A stretch of DNA of 53,059 nucleotides, filler included, from Cladosporium halotolerans (taxonomy: Eukaryota), in NCBI RefSeq assembly GCF_011745625.1. It is 2 parts of 2 records of this genome, joined end to end, with 100 filler letters (N's around TTAATTAATTAA, not from the genome) between each part and the next. Parts side by side here need not be neighbours in the genome. Positions count along the whole stretch, not along the records: positions 1 to 26,613 come from NW_027191535.1; 1 more part is not named here. One strand, written 5' to 3'. Numbering within the stretch: the first letter of the stretch is position 1; each line of letters opens with the position of its first letter. Shown here piece after piece: positions 12,101 through 22,207 of this stretch. Position numbers and translations under genes: made by a program. The notes under the pieces were generated by a model. That model was given only the letters and a program-made list of their open reading frames with translations. It was not told the DNA's origin and did not search any database.

Positions 12101-15100
12101 GGCTGCCTTCTTCTGTGCCCGCAACATGGACTTGAAGAGCTGCTCGGTACGGTTGCTCATCTCCTCACTCGCCGCTGCATAGGCTTCCCGGCCAAGGTCA
12201 CGTCCGAATGTGGCAAGAGCGCCGCCAATTCCACCCGTGTTGGCTTGTGGGAGCATGCCGAGGTTTGCCGCAGTCTCTCGCTCGCTGTCGAGCACAATTT
12301 CGTTTTGCTGAATCTCATCGAAGATGCCCTGGAGGTAATCGTCCGGCAAGCTCTGTCCGTCGTTGATGCCACGGTTGTTCTTGATGAAATCTTCGATAGT
12401 CATTCGTTTCTTGACCTGCGATGAGTGTTGGTCGGTATTCAGCATGATGACCGAGTATCCGAGGACGTAGGCTGTGTCGGCGTTTGCGAAAGCGTTCGGA
12501 TTGCCCGCACAGTATTTTTCCGCGAACTTGAGCATAAGTCGATCGATCTTTTGCGCTTCTCCAGGCAATCTGAAGGCCTGAAGGAAGCGTCGCAAGGCAT
12601 CAACAAAACGCGTTCTCCCAAACTCCATACCGTCGACAAAAGATGCCATGATCTCTTTGTTCTCCTCATCTCCTTCGCCCAAAAATTCGCCGAGCGCCTT
12701 TTTATTGATACGTTCGTTCGTCAAAAGGAAGTGGGCGATGTCTTTCGGACTGGAAGATGGGATGAAGCCATCCTGAAGGAGAGCTTTCATGCCGCGTTTA
12801 GGCTTGTAGTTGAATGCGCGAATGGCGTTATTGAGTGCAGTCTTGCGCTCCTTTACCCTTTCCAACTCTGCAGGGTCATCCTCCGGAGTCTCACTCTGTC
12901 CGGACTCGACGGAGTTGAGGGCTGGAGAGCTAGCGGGTCCCGTATCGCCGCGTGCATCAATACTTTCGCGGTATTCCTCGTAGCTACTACGTCCATCCGT
13001 GTCTTGACCCATGGCCGAAGGTCGTTCAGCTACACCTTGCTGGCCCCAGTTTACCAGACTCCTCAGAATCTCCATGAGTGTCTCCAGTGACTGCATCTTC
13101 AAGGCGTATTCTTGAGGAAAGCCACGATCATTATCAGTAGGGCTGTTCATGCTAGCAGTAGCCAGGCTGGGTGGAAGGATACCACGTTGCTGCCAATCGT
13201 TGGTGCCGGAGGCCAACTGCTTTGCATTGAACTCCGCGTAAGTTTGCTGCTGCAGGGCAGTGACAGGCACTGGCTGTCCCGATAATCTGGAAACATGCTC
13301 AACAATGCGCTGAAACATGTTGTCCAGAGCCTGTCGATCGCAATCGTAGTTTAAGTAAATCTCTACCAAGACTTTTGGCTCTTCTGCCATTCGACCGAAG
13401 ATGTTTTGCACAATGTAACTTTTCTGCCATCCAGGCGCAAGCCTTTTGTCAAGGATGGGCAGATACACTTCCTTGACAAAGACTTCCAATTCGCGTTTGA
13501 GTTCGGAACGGAGATAGCGGACCATGAGCCAGTAGATCTCAGCAGAAACCTCAAACACAGGCTTTGCGGAGCTGGCTGCGTTCTTGCTCAGGGCTAAGCA
13601 CAAGTACTGCTTGACGGCGTGCGTAAACTCCGTGGGCGCTTGACCAGACGAGCTTCGGATGGTGGCGTGGGGGTCTGTAAAGACAGCAAAGTGGTTGAAG
13701 AGAACGGTGTGAATGATGTGCAGAGATAGGAGTTTCGAGCGCATGCCCTGAGATTTGATGTCGACCTCCTCTTCTCGTCGAACGGTCTTCGTGGAGAGTT
13801 TGCACATGGCACGGAAGACGAGGAATGCATCCTTGATGTAGATCTCATCTTCCTCTTCATCCTCGGAGTAGGCCTCGTGGCCTTCGCCTTGGACAGTGAT
13901 GGTGGGAAGTTCGGCTCCTGATGCAGTTCGGCTGGCCTGCTTCATAAGGGTGGCACGCCTGGCTCGAGTGACGGTGGTTGTTGTGTCGGAGATCCTGGTA
14001 TCATCGAAGGACTTTTTCTTCTCGAAATCTTGCAGTGTCATTGTCGTCGTCTCGCCCTCTGCGTCTACCGGAGTCTCAAGCTCGTCGCCCCTGGGAGTGT
14101 CCGTGCCATGAATGTCGCCCGGCGTTTCCGATCCATTTGCTCCATTTTCTTGACCCAAGCTCGTTCGCGATGAGCCGTACCTCGCGGCTTTCCCAGACAA
14201 TCGAACCTTGACCCTTTCGAAGACCGTTCCCACCATCTGTGTTAGAGCGCCCTGGGCGATTTGCTGGTTGGCGCTGTGCCGTGAAAGCAGGAAGATGTTG
14301 TATGTCTGTCGAACACTCTTCAACAAGCCGGCACCATGCACAACAATCTTGTCGTTCAGGATCGCAGCTAGCAAGCTCTTGATGATTTGCATTTGAACTT
14401 CTGGTGGGGTGGCTTCGCCCTGAAAGCAATCACATATCGTGTCAATCGCTCTTTCGATAAGCGGGGGCCTGTTTGGTTGTCCTTCGTGGCCGTCGACAGG
14501 AGCAGGAACGGAAAAGTAGGAGTAGCTGATGAGCTTGCCGATGCAGTCCAGCGCAGTGACAACCACGCTGACAGTCGCAGCCTCGGTTGCAAGATTCAAA
14601 GGCTCAAAGAGAATCTCAGGATCAAGTTGCGCCGCATCTCCTTGCGCATTCCTGATTGCAGACAGCGCGCGCTGGGTGGAGTCGAGCAGCGGTTTGCGCT
14701 TCCGAGCATCTTTGGAGCCTGCAATCGACTCGAGGGCTGACACGACGAATACCATGCTACTCCGGGTTGATCGTGTAGTTCCTCTTGTCCCTGTGGTGCC
14801 GGTGGTCGCTGTAGTTGATTGGGAATCGGTCCGCACTCGCTGTGCGACGTGCGAAGGAGGCATCTCCGTACTGGGGGTCTCTACGTTGGACCGTGGAGTA
14901 TCGCTCGCAGCTGTCGATGCCGTGTCGGTCCTCTCTTCTGGCGCAGTTTCCTCACTCTGATCCTCGCTAGGCTGTTCAGGAGAGGTCGCCGTTGCGGCCG
15001 CATGCGCACCCTCGTCCTCCCCAGGCAGCTCATCTGAATTTTGGTCACCATGGTCTTCTTTTGGCGGATCTGGATCCCGCGGCTCTGTGCTCGCTCTGGC

Positions 15101-15217
15101 TGTATCATCTTCTTGTGCCTCCTCTTCGACCTGTGCTGCTGAAGGTGTCTCCTCGTGTTTCTCGTTCTCTCCTTTCACTTCCGGCAGGGCCGGGGTGGGC
15201 TGCTCGGTGTCGGCCAT
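9143..15217 (-). CDS. SEC7: Sec7/BIG-family ARF guanine nucleotide exchange factor
   Basis: 2024-aa ORF with DCB region, HUS box YLNYDCD, Sec7 domain FRLPGEAQKIDR and SVIMLNTDQHS, and HDS domains (ALNSLRQLSMRF, FQKDFLKPF). Confidence 0.97.
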   Translation of the reverse strand: MADTEQPTPALPEVKGENEKHEETPSAAQVEEEAQEDDTARASTEPRDPDPPKEDHGDQNSDELPGEDEGAHAAATATSPEQPSEDQSEETAPEERTDTASTAASDTPRSNVETPSTEMPPSHVAQRVRTDSQSTTATTGTTGTRGTTRSTRSSMVFVVSALESIAGSKDARKRKPLLDSTQRALSAIRNAQGDAAQLDPEILFEPLNLATEAATVSVVVTALDCIGKLISYSYFSVPAPVDGHEGQPNRPPLIERAIDTICDCFQGEATPPEVQMQIIKSLLAAILNDKIVVHGAGLLKSVRQTYNIFLLSRHSANQQIAQGALTQMVGTVFERVKVRLSGKAARYGSSRTSLGQENGANGSETPGDIHGTDTPRGDELETPVDAEGETTTMTLQDFEKKKSFDDTRISDTTTTVTRARRATLMKQASRTASGAELPTITVQGEGHEAYSEDEEEDEIYIKDAFLVFRAMCKLSTKTVRREEEVDIKSQGMRSKLLSLHIIHTVLFNHFAVFTDPHATIRSSSGQAPTEFTHAVKQYLCLALSKNAASSAKPVFEVSAEIYWLMVRYLRSELKRELEVFVKEVYLPILDKRLAPGWQKSYIVQNIFGRMAEEPKVLVEIYLNYDCDRQALDNMFQRIVEHVSRLSGQPVPVTALQQQTYAEFNAKQLASGTNDWQQRGILPPSLATASMNSPTDNDRGFPQEYALKMQSLETLMEILRSLVNWGQQGVAERPSAMGQDTDGRSSYEEYRESIDARGDTGPASSPALNSVESGQSETPEDDPAELERVKERKTALNNAIRAFNYKPKRGMKALLQDGFIPSSSPKDIAHFLLTNERINKKALGEFLGEGDEENKEIMASFVDGMEFGRTRFVDALRRFLQAFRLPGEAQKIDRLMLKFAEKYCAGNPNAFANADTAYVLGYSVIMLNTDQHSSQVKKRMTIEDFIKNNRGINDGQSLPDDYLQGIFDEIQQNEIVLDSERETAANLGMLPQANTGGIGGALATFGRDLGREAYAAASEEMSNRTEQLFKSMLRAQKKAAGGAPSGKGRFLTATSFKHVGPMFSAVWMSFLTALSGTAQETQNIEIIRLCTEGQKLAIRIACLFDLEDPRQAFVSSLGRSTNLYNFSEMKAKNVEALRALLDVAHTEGNLLRESWRDILTCISQLDRFQLISSGVEEGAVPDVLKAQFAPAPQASGSRKSMQVPRRPASKASVSGSYHADIAEDARSADMIRGVDRIFTNTANLSGDAILHFVRALTQVSWQEIQSSGQSDSPRTYSLQKLVEISGYNMLRVRFEWTSIWHILGQHFIDVGCHNNTHVVYFALNSLRQLSMRFMEIEELPGFKFQKDFLKPFEYILSNASQVAVKDMVLRCLIQMIQARGDMIRSGWRTMLGVFTVAAREPYESIVNLAFDNVTQVWNDRFGVVISQGAFADLVVCLTEFSKNMKFQKKSLQAIETLKSTVPKMLRTPECPLSVNVAGGKDAPQAEGLPKQPSRQTSEEQFWFPVLFAFHDVLMTGEDLEVRSRALNYLFDTLTKYGKDFPREFWDTLWRQLLYPIFMVLKDRKAINQEAINHEELSVWLSTTLIQALRNMITLFTYFFDSLEYMLDRFLDLLALCICQENDTLARIGSNCLQQLILQNVKKFTPEHWEKIVGAFVDLFGRTEARELFSAATSSSYDKSGSYANGAPDVPKTASGLTSTSLVDDHTSVAAGSNALNINGLPADTPSDVPVNGSDRRASVQTEQSHTERDRNSSPSKHPGQKDSDLESFAAGSSSQSQQAPVVVTAARRRYFNQIITKCVLQLLMIETVSELFNNDSVYSSIPSHLLLRLMALLKKSYHFAKRFNEDRELRSRLFREGFMRQPPNLLKQESGSASVYVLILLRMYADQSDDRAASRQETEAALIPLCQDILASYIALDEETQQRNMVTWRPVVIDVLEGYVAFRDEEFGKHVKTFSPLAVGLMNREMGPELQRAVQGLWRRVCETQLGIAKDEMSGLVAHGRNGDEPTSPRMTSSSFARRGSKMSM

Positions 15218-15955
15218 TCCAGCACTTGGGAGACCTAGAGCATGTGATGGTGTAATGTCTGGTGCAGGCCGCGCATGCTATGTCATGGCCAGGCTGCGTG
15301 GTCCGGAGCGAGATGCTGTACAGCGTGGTGGGCGGCAGCGGTGCGGTGTCTCAGTGACTGCTTAATTAATGCGCCGGTCTCCTGCGTACACGACACGACA
15401 CCTAAGCTGGCTGCCTCGGACCCAAGCCGCGCCCTAAGGCAGCTCGCATCCAATGCCACGCGACATCGCAAGCCCTGGCTGGTGAGCGCAGCTCCAACAG
15501 GGCAGGTGCGGCGAGTCGAGTCACGTGCAAAATCACACTTCAAGCGTGTCGGAGATGTAATGCCTGGCTGCCTGGATGGGCAAGAGGATTGGAACAATTG
15601 TTGTGAGGTATTCAAGCATCCTCGAGACATCGGGGTATTATTCCATGCTGCAGTGGGGCTGTGTTGTCCCTCGCAGAGCATCCCTCTCACCAGCGAAGAA
15701 TTCTCACGCCTTCTGAGACGCTCCCTCACTTCCGAGATCTCGTCCGGCCCGTTGGTTCTAGCGTGAATATCCCGGGCGTTGCTGGAGCTCAACGACCACG
15801 AAAATAGTCCGCATCCAGCTTTGCGCCGGCTCGGACTTCACCAACACCACCCCTCGCACACCACCTGCCTCGCTCAACCTCGCCGGTGTCCTCCTCTATC
15901 CACCATCTCGCCCACTCCACTCGTTACTCGCTCTCTCGCTGCAGGAGCGCTCAAC

Positions 15956-17593
15956 ATGTCCGCCGCCGGGATGATCGCTAGGGGCGCATTGAAGGGACTG
16001 AGGGCACAGAATGGCGCCGTGTACGTCGACGAGCACCGTCCGCGAGCTCGAGGAGCTCGACTCACGCGTGCTATGGCTAACAAAATCCTCACAGGCGCAG
16101 AATACCCGCCATGTCGGCGCTGGCCAGATACTACGCCTCCAAGTGTTCGTCACGCGCCTGCATCCCAACCAAATGCGCAATGCCATTCTGACAATACCAA
16201 AACAGCTTACCCGTCCCACACCATCATCTCCATGCCCGCTCTCTCTCCGACCATGACCGCCGGCAACATCGGCACCTGGCAGAAGCAGCCTGGTGACGCC
16301 CTCGCTCCCGGTGATGTCCTCGTCGAGATCGAGACCGACAAGGCCCAGATGGACTTTGAGTTCCAAGAGGAGGGTGTTTTGGCTAAGCTCCTGAAGGAGT
16401 CTGGCGAGAAGGATGTCGCTGTTGGCAACGTGAGTCTTGCTATCGGATATTGAAATTGGGGATCGGCGCGCTGACAATTGGTGCAGCCCATTGCTGTCAT
16501 GGTTGAGGAGGCCAGCGACGTCGAGGCTTTCGCCGACTTCTCCATCGAGGATGCTGGCGGAAACAAGGACACTCCCAAGGAGGAGAAGAAGGGCGGTCAG
16601 GAGGCTGTTGAGGCTACTGAGACTCCTCAGTCTGGCTCCGGCACTGCTCCCCCGGCTCCGGCCCAGGAGCCCCAGTCGACCGGCGAGCGCCTCCAGACCA
16701 CTCTCGAGCGTGAGCCCAGCATTGCCCCCGCCGCGAAGAAGCTGGCTCTTGAGAAGGGCATCTCCATCTCCGCCATCAAGGGCAGCGGCCCTGGCGGCAG
16801 GATTACCCAGCAGGACGTCGAGAAGGCTAAGACCGCCGCTCCCACCCCGGCTGCTGCTGCTGCTGGCGCCGGCGCCCCGACCTACGAGGACACCCCCGCC
16901 TCCAGCATGCGCAAGACCATCGCCACCCGCCTCACCGAGTCCATGAACCAGAACCCCCACTACTTCGTCGCCTCCACCATCTCCGTCTCCAAGCTCATGA
17001 AGCTCCGCCAGGCCCTGAACGCTTCCGCCGACGGCAAGTACAAGCTCTCCGTCAACGACCTTCTGATCAAGGCCGTCGCTGCCGCCGCCCGCAAGGTCCC
17101 TGCCGCCAACAGCAGCTGGCGCGTCATTGACGGCGAGACTGTCGTCCGTAAGCACAATGTCGTCGACGTCTCCGTGGCCGTTGCCACCCCTGTCGGCCTC
17201 ATGACCCCGATTGTCAAGAACGCCCACGCCAGCGGCCTCGAAAGCATCTCCACCCAGGTCAAGGAGCTCGGCAAGCGCGCCCGTGACGGCAAGCTCAAGC
17301 CTGAGGAGTACCAGGGTGGCACTATCACCATTTCCAACATGGGGATGAACGACGCCATTGACCGCTTCACCGCCGTCATCAACCCGCCCCAGGCCACTAT
17401 CGTCGCTGTCGGTGCCGTCAAGAAGGTCGCCGTCCCCAAGGAGCTTGAGGATGGTTCCGAGGGTGTCGCGTGGGACGAGCAGATCGTCATGACCGGCTCT
17501 TTCGACCACAAGGTCGTCGACGGCGCTGTTGGTGGTGAGTTCATGCGTGAGCTGAAGAAGGCTGTCGAGAACCCTCTCGAGCTCATGCTGTAA
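15956..17593 (+). CDS. LAT1: Pyruvate dehydrogenase E2, dihydrolipoamide acetyltransferase (mitochondrial)
   Basis: Introns at 16021-16094, 16145-16205 and 16430-16486. Mitochondrial leader, lipoyl domain MPALSPTM...[13 protein letters not shown]3-binding GSGPGGRIT, and catalytic [12 protein letters not shown]. Confidence 0.96.
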
Positions 17594-18354
17594 GCGCGGT
17601 GTCTCGAAGAAAAGTCGGATGATATCTCAATCTAAGCGGAAGCTGCTCGTACACCCATGAAGAGGCGTTGAGAGAAGTACTCTGGAGTTTTCGCGCGAAT
17701 GGTGCATTCAGCTTGTAAAAGAAGGCCCAAAAAAGCGACTCAGTGTCTCTGCACGCACTAGACTCGGCTAGACTCGATATCTTTGGCATTTGCATCTTGC
17801 CGGGAATTGCTGCGGGAGCTCGTTGTTGTGCCGGTGGAAAGTCGTTGACCTGCTGCGGTGTACTCTTTATCCAAGCCTCTGGTTTTGTTGACTCCCCTAT
17901 CTATTATCTGTGTTGGTTTTTAGAGCGGTGTATGAAAAGGCAGCGGTTTTAATGTTCACGTGGTGCTCGTCGTATCATCTTTTAATTTCGTCGCCATGTT
18001 GATGACGGGAGGCTTCTTCGGAGATCCCATCCATGCTACGACCGAATGTTGGCTTGGGTCCCCAAAAAGCAATCGCCGTCGGAGAATTTGTTCCCTATGA
18101 GTGGAAATGACTTGGAAAATATTCGCATTGAACGAAGTTGAATGAAGGTCCAAATGCACTATGGATGATCGGGCGAGATATCTATTCCACGCCGTTGTTG
18201 TCCTGGACGTCCGAACCGAGGCACAAGCCTGATCCTCGCACCCGCTCGCCTTTCTCCCGAAGAACGTCATCCAATGCAAATCACCAACTCTTCCAGAAGC
18301 CCACCTGCAGTTAACGATCCACCAAAGCCAAAGCGAAAAACGATTCAAGTCACA

Positions 18355-18993
18355 ATGCCCGCATTTCTCCCTCCTTGGCGAACCCTCGCCGCGGGCGCCT
18401 TCTGGATAACCGGGACCGTAATCGGCGTCAACGACTACTTGCTCGAAATCACCCCCATCGTCGGCAACAGCATGCAACCGACACTCTCGCCGCAATATTA
18501 CACGACGGGCGCGCGCGATACCGTTGCTTGGCACAAATGGCGTCCCGCTGGACCAGACCTGCGCCGTGGTGATTTGGTCATGTACACGACGCCGCACCGC
18601 GGTGAAGGCAGTGCCGTAAAGCGCGTGATCGCTCTGGGTGGAGACACGGTTGTGCTGGATAAAAGACGGAGACCAGGACGAGACGAAGATGGGGAGCCTA
18701 AGCCTAGTGAGCGGACGGTTGCGAAGAATTGGGACGCCATGGCGCCAAAGGTGGTAGTGCCATACGGGCATGTGTGGCTAGAGGGGGACAACTGGCGGGC
18801 GAGCAAGGACAGTAATCATTTTGGACCGGTGAGTCGGAGTCTGATTGTTGGGAGGGCAATGGGGGTGATGTGGCCGCCGCAGAGGTGGGGGAGGCCTTGG
18901 GAGAGGGAGGCAGGATTCGCAGGAAAGACCAAAGTGGTCAAGGGGAGAGAGGCGGTGCCGGTCGAGTGGGAGGAGTTGGTGCTTGGGGTTTGA
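18355..18993 (+). CDS. Mitochondrial inner membrane peptidase (S26, IMP2-like)
   Basis: GNSMQPTL (catalytic Ser), AVKRVIALGGD (Lys), and VPYGHVWLEGDN...SKDSNHFGPV. Confidence 0.9.
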   Translation: MPAFLPPWRTLAAGAFWITGTVIGVNDYLLEITPIVGNSMQPTLSPQYYTTGARDTVAWHKWRPAGPDLRRGDLVMYTTPHRGEGSAVKRVIALGGDTVVLDKRRRPGRDEDGEPKPSERTVAKNWDAMAPKVVVPYGHVWLEGDNWRASKDSNHFGPVSRSLIVGRAMGVMWPPQRWGRPWEREAGFAGKTKVVKGREAVPVEWEELVLGV

Positions 18994-19130
18994 TAGGGAG
19001 GAATACTTCATGAGTCCTCCACTTGGAGGCTGATTGGGTTGGTATTGTTCATGAAGGCGGTCTATGGACAAGGCGGTCTATGGAGAGCGTGCGAGGCCAC
19101 ACAGCCTCGTGCCTTGCTCGGAGCCATGTC

Positions 19131-20300
19131 TTACTTCTTGATAAGACGCTCCACTTGATCCAGGACGGCCTTAGTGACCTCCTGCGTTCCTCTGTCGCCT
19201 CCTAGGTCTCTGGTCTTCACTCCAGCCACTGTCACGTTCTCGATGGCTTGCATCAACGTGTCGGCCTGGGCGTCGAGCTTCCCGGCGCCCAGCCACCGCA
19301 CCATCTCTGCGGCAGACCAGAAAGCGCCCAAGGGGTTTGCAATGCCTTTGCCGGCGATATCTGGCGCTGAGCCGTGGATTGGCTCGAACATGCTCGGATA
19401 TTTTCGGCTGGGGTCGAGATTTGAAGACGGTGCAATACCGATCGAGCCCGCAAGCGCGGCAGCCAAGTCTGAGAGAATGTCTGCGTGCACTGATTCAGTG
19501 GAGATGGAGAGATTAGCTGGGAGGCCCTCATGGCTTACTCGGTGAAACGACTTACAATTGGTGGCAACAATGACATCCAGGCTATCAGGACGATTGACCA
19601 TCCGTACCGTCATTGCATCGACAAGCATCTTGTCAAACTCTACCACACCCTCATACTCCTTGGCAACAGTGTAAAAGACCTTGTCCCATAGTACCATGCC
19701 GTGGCGCTGGGCATTGCTCTTGGTTACCATGGTTAACTTCTTCCTCGGACGCTGCTTGGCGGTCTCGAACGCGAATCTCATGATTCTTTCAATCCCTACA
19801 TATGAAAAAATGGCGAGTTCCGTTGCGACGGCGTAGTTCTCATGCCCATGAGTCGTCCCGCCCTGACCTGCATACTCGCCCTCCGAGTTTTCGCGTACAA
19901 TGATCCAGTCGAGCTGCTTGGGATCCTTCTGGCACCCCACGAGAGGGCTCTTGGTCCCGGGCAGAATCCTCGTCGGACGGACGTTGACATACTGGTTGAG
20001 TTCCTTCCTGATTGGCAGAATCATATTCCACAGCGAAATATGGTCAGGCACGCTTGGCCAGCCCACGGCACCGAAGTAGATCGCGTCATGTTTCTTTAAG
20101 GTGGCGATGGCGTCCTCGGGCATGTACCAGCCGCGCTCCAGGTAGGCTTTACTGGACCAGTCAAAGGTGGTGAAATCGAAGCGAAATGTACCATCGCACT
20201 GTGCGAGCTTATTCAGGACTTCTTTTGCCGCTTCAGTGATGTCCACGCCAATGCCATCTCCAGGAATGGCGGCGACTTTGAAGACGGTGTCGGATGGCAT
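19131..20300 (-). CDS. Tartrate dehydrogenase / D-malate dehydrogenase (decarboxylating), IDH/IPMDH family
   Basis: IPGDGIG, VPDHISLW, VRENSEGEY, TKSNAQRHG and MFEPIHGSAPDIAGKG. Removing the in-frame 66-nt intron at 19555-19490 gives ATNLHADILSDL. Confidence 0.92.
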   Translation of the reverse strand: MPSDTVFKVAAIPGDGIGVDITEAAKEVLNKLAQCDGTFRFDFTTFDWSSKAYLERGWYMPEDAIATLKKHDAIYFGAVGWPSVPDHISLWNMILPIRKELNQYVNVRPTRILPGTKSPLVGCQKDPKQLDWIIVRENSEGEYAGQGGTTHGHENYAVATELAIFSYVGIERIMRFAFETAKQRPRKKLTMVTKSNAQRHGMVLWDKVFYTVAKEYEGVVEFDKMLVDAMTVRMVNRPDSLDVIVATNCKSFHRVSHEGLPANLSISTESVHADILSDLAAALAGSIGIAPSSNLDPSRKYPSMFEPIHGSAPDIAGKGIANPLGAFWSAAEMVRWLGAGKLDAQADTLMQAIENVTVAGVKTRDLGGDRGTQEVTKAVLDQVERLIKK

Positions 20301-20709
20301 TGTGATCGATCTGTGAGTAGGCTCGTAGTTGTCGTTCACGGAGATGACCGCATTGAATGGGCGATAGACTTCGGAGGTGAACTTCGTAGCAATCCAAAAT
20401 TTTCAAAAATATTAAGAGATCGATACGGAAATGTTAAGTTGACAGTGTTGCCAACTTCTGCCGCCACGGCGATCCGAAGCATATATGTTCCGGTGTCGTC
20501 TGCCCCACGACAGCCCCGCCTCGCCTCGGCAGGCGAGCACTGGCGAAGCGGTGGCAGGTGTAGTGATGTTTTTGAGCATGTTGTAGGAGAAACAAAAGAC
20601 CGAGGGAATTTTAAACCATATCACGGTGCATATCTGGTGTCGGGCTCCAAGACGCCGTTAATGGGTGGATGCTGTCGGCGAAAAGAGAGTGCGATGCATT
20701 CGATCTAAT

Positions 20710-20790
20710 GCTGAGGCATCAACCCTAGAACACTCAGGCATCTCTACACCTGCTCGCTGAGGCATCAACATGCACTCTGGCTGAGGCATC
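20710..20790. promoter_or_regulatory. Repeated GCTGAGGCATC motif in a divergent promoter
   Basis: Exact copies at 20710, 20756 and 20780, plus the variant CTCAGGCATC at 20733. Lies between the tartrate dehydrogenase and GLTP start codons. Confidence 0.35.
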
Positions 20791-21032
20791 CCCCGGCTCC
20801 AGACCCCAGCAGTCGGCCCTAGTAGGCGCGTCTCTGCCCCACACCGCCGCCGCATCAGCAGCGACGCAGGGACGAGAGCTGATGCGGCCAGGGCGAGGGG
20901 CCATGGAGACTCCATGACACCTTTCTCGTACACACCCTCTCGCAGATACCACCACACTTGCACCTTATCTGCGTCCAGCTCGTCCACAGCACCAGTCCTT
21001 GTCCAACGCCTGACTTCACACACATCACAACC

Positions 21033-21795
21033 ATGGCCTCCAACACCGCTTTCCCTCCTGGCGGCACTTACTTCGACGGCCGCAAGAGCTTCGCCGACGT
21101 GAACATCGACGCTGCCAAGGACAATGCGATCAACACCACTGAGTTCCTCGAAGCCGCCGAGTCCTTGATCACCCTCTTCGACGTCCTCGGCAGCGTCGCC
21201 TTCAACCCCGTCAAGAGTGACATGCAGGGCAACATCAAGGTACACCGCAACAAGCCCGCCTGAAAGTTGTTGGCAAGACGAGTTGAGGTTCACAATTTCC
21301 GCAGAAAATCAAGGATCGCCAGCTCGCAGCTCCCCTGGAATCAGAGACCCTGCAAGACCTCGTCCGCAACGAGCTCAAGGCAAAGAAGCACACCGCTACC
21401 GAGGGCCTCCTCTGGCTGGTCCGGTACGTAACCAACGACCCTGCTTTGTTCCTTGCCAAAGCCCCTGTCGCAACAAAAAACTGACATTGTCCAACCGCAG
21501 AGGCCTCGACTTCACCGCACAAGCCCTCCGCGCCAACCTTTCGAACCCCAAATCCGAGCTGTCCGAGTCCTTCCGCGCCGCTTATGGTAACACCCTCAAA
21601 CCTCACCACAGCTTCCTGATCAAGCCCATCTTTTCCGCCGCTATGAGCGCGACGCCTTACCGGGCGGACTTTTACGCCAAGCTGGGCGATGACCAAGAGC
21701 GTGTGAACAAGGAGCTGGACGCGTGGTTGTCCGCGTTGGAGAAGGTGGTCAGCATTCTGAAGGAGTTCCAGGGGAGGAAGGAGGCGAAATGGTAG
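21033..21795 (+). CDS. Glycolipid transfer protein (HET-C2 family)
   Basis: Exons 21033-21239, 21305-21423 and 21501-21795. Motifs FLEAAESL...FDVLGS.AF.PVKSDMQGNIKK, ATEGLLWLVRGLDF and AYGNTLKPHHSF. Confidence 0.95.
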
Positions 21796-22207
21796 AAGTC
21801 ACATTTTGGAAACACTGTTTTGACCGCTGGTCACAGACATTGATTTAGAAAGCGTGGTATTTGAGCGAGCTTGTGTTTGCATCTGACGCAATTTGATCAC
21901 AACCAATTTCCGCAGCTTCTAATGGGTCCCTGTCTATCACTTGCAGTTCTTATTCAGCATCTGCCAACCTCACCGGACAACGAGTAAGATGATCAAAGAA
22001 AAACAAGCTTTGGCCGTACAATGCATATCGGCATGGTGGACATCGAGCCGAGCAAAGCCCTATGGTACATCCATGCAACGGTTACGAAATGTTAGCAACC
22101 TTGTGCTTGTACAATCTGGTCCATAAAAAAGCACAAGAACCATTCCAGGGCCGAAACACCCAAGCGAGTCACCCGTGCAGACTTCTTTCAGGCTCCAGTA
22201 GCAACGC

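Noticed and set aside
15896..17509. 537-aa antisense ORF over LAT1
   Set aside because: Shadow of strong codon bias in a highly expressed gene. It also crosses introns.
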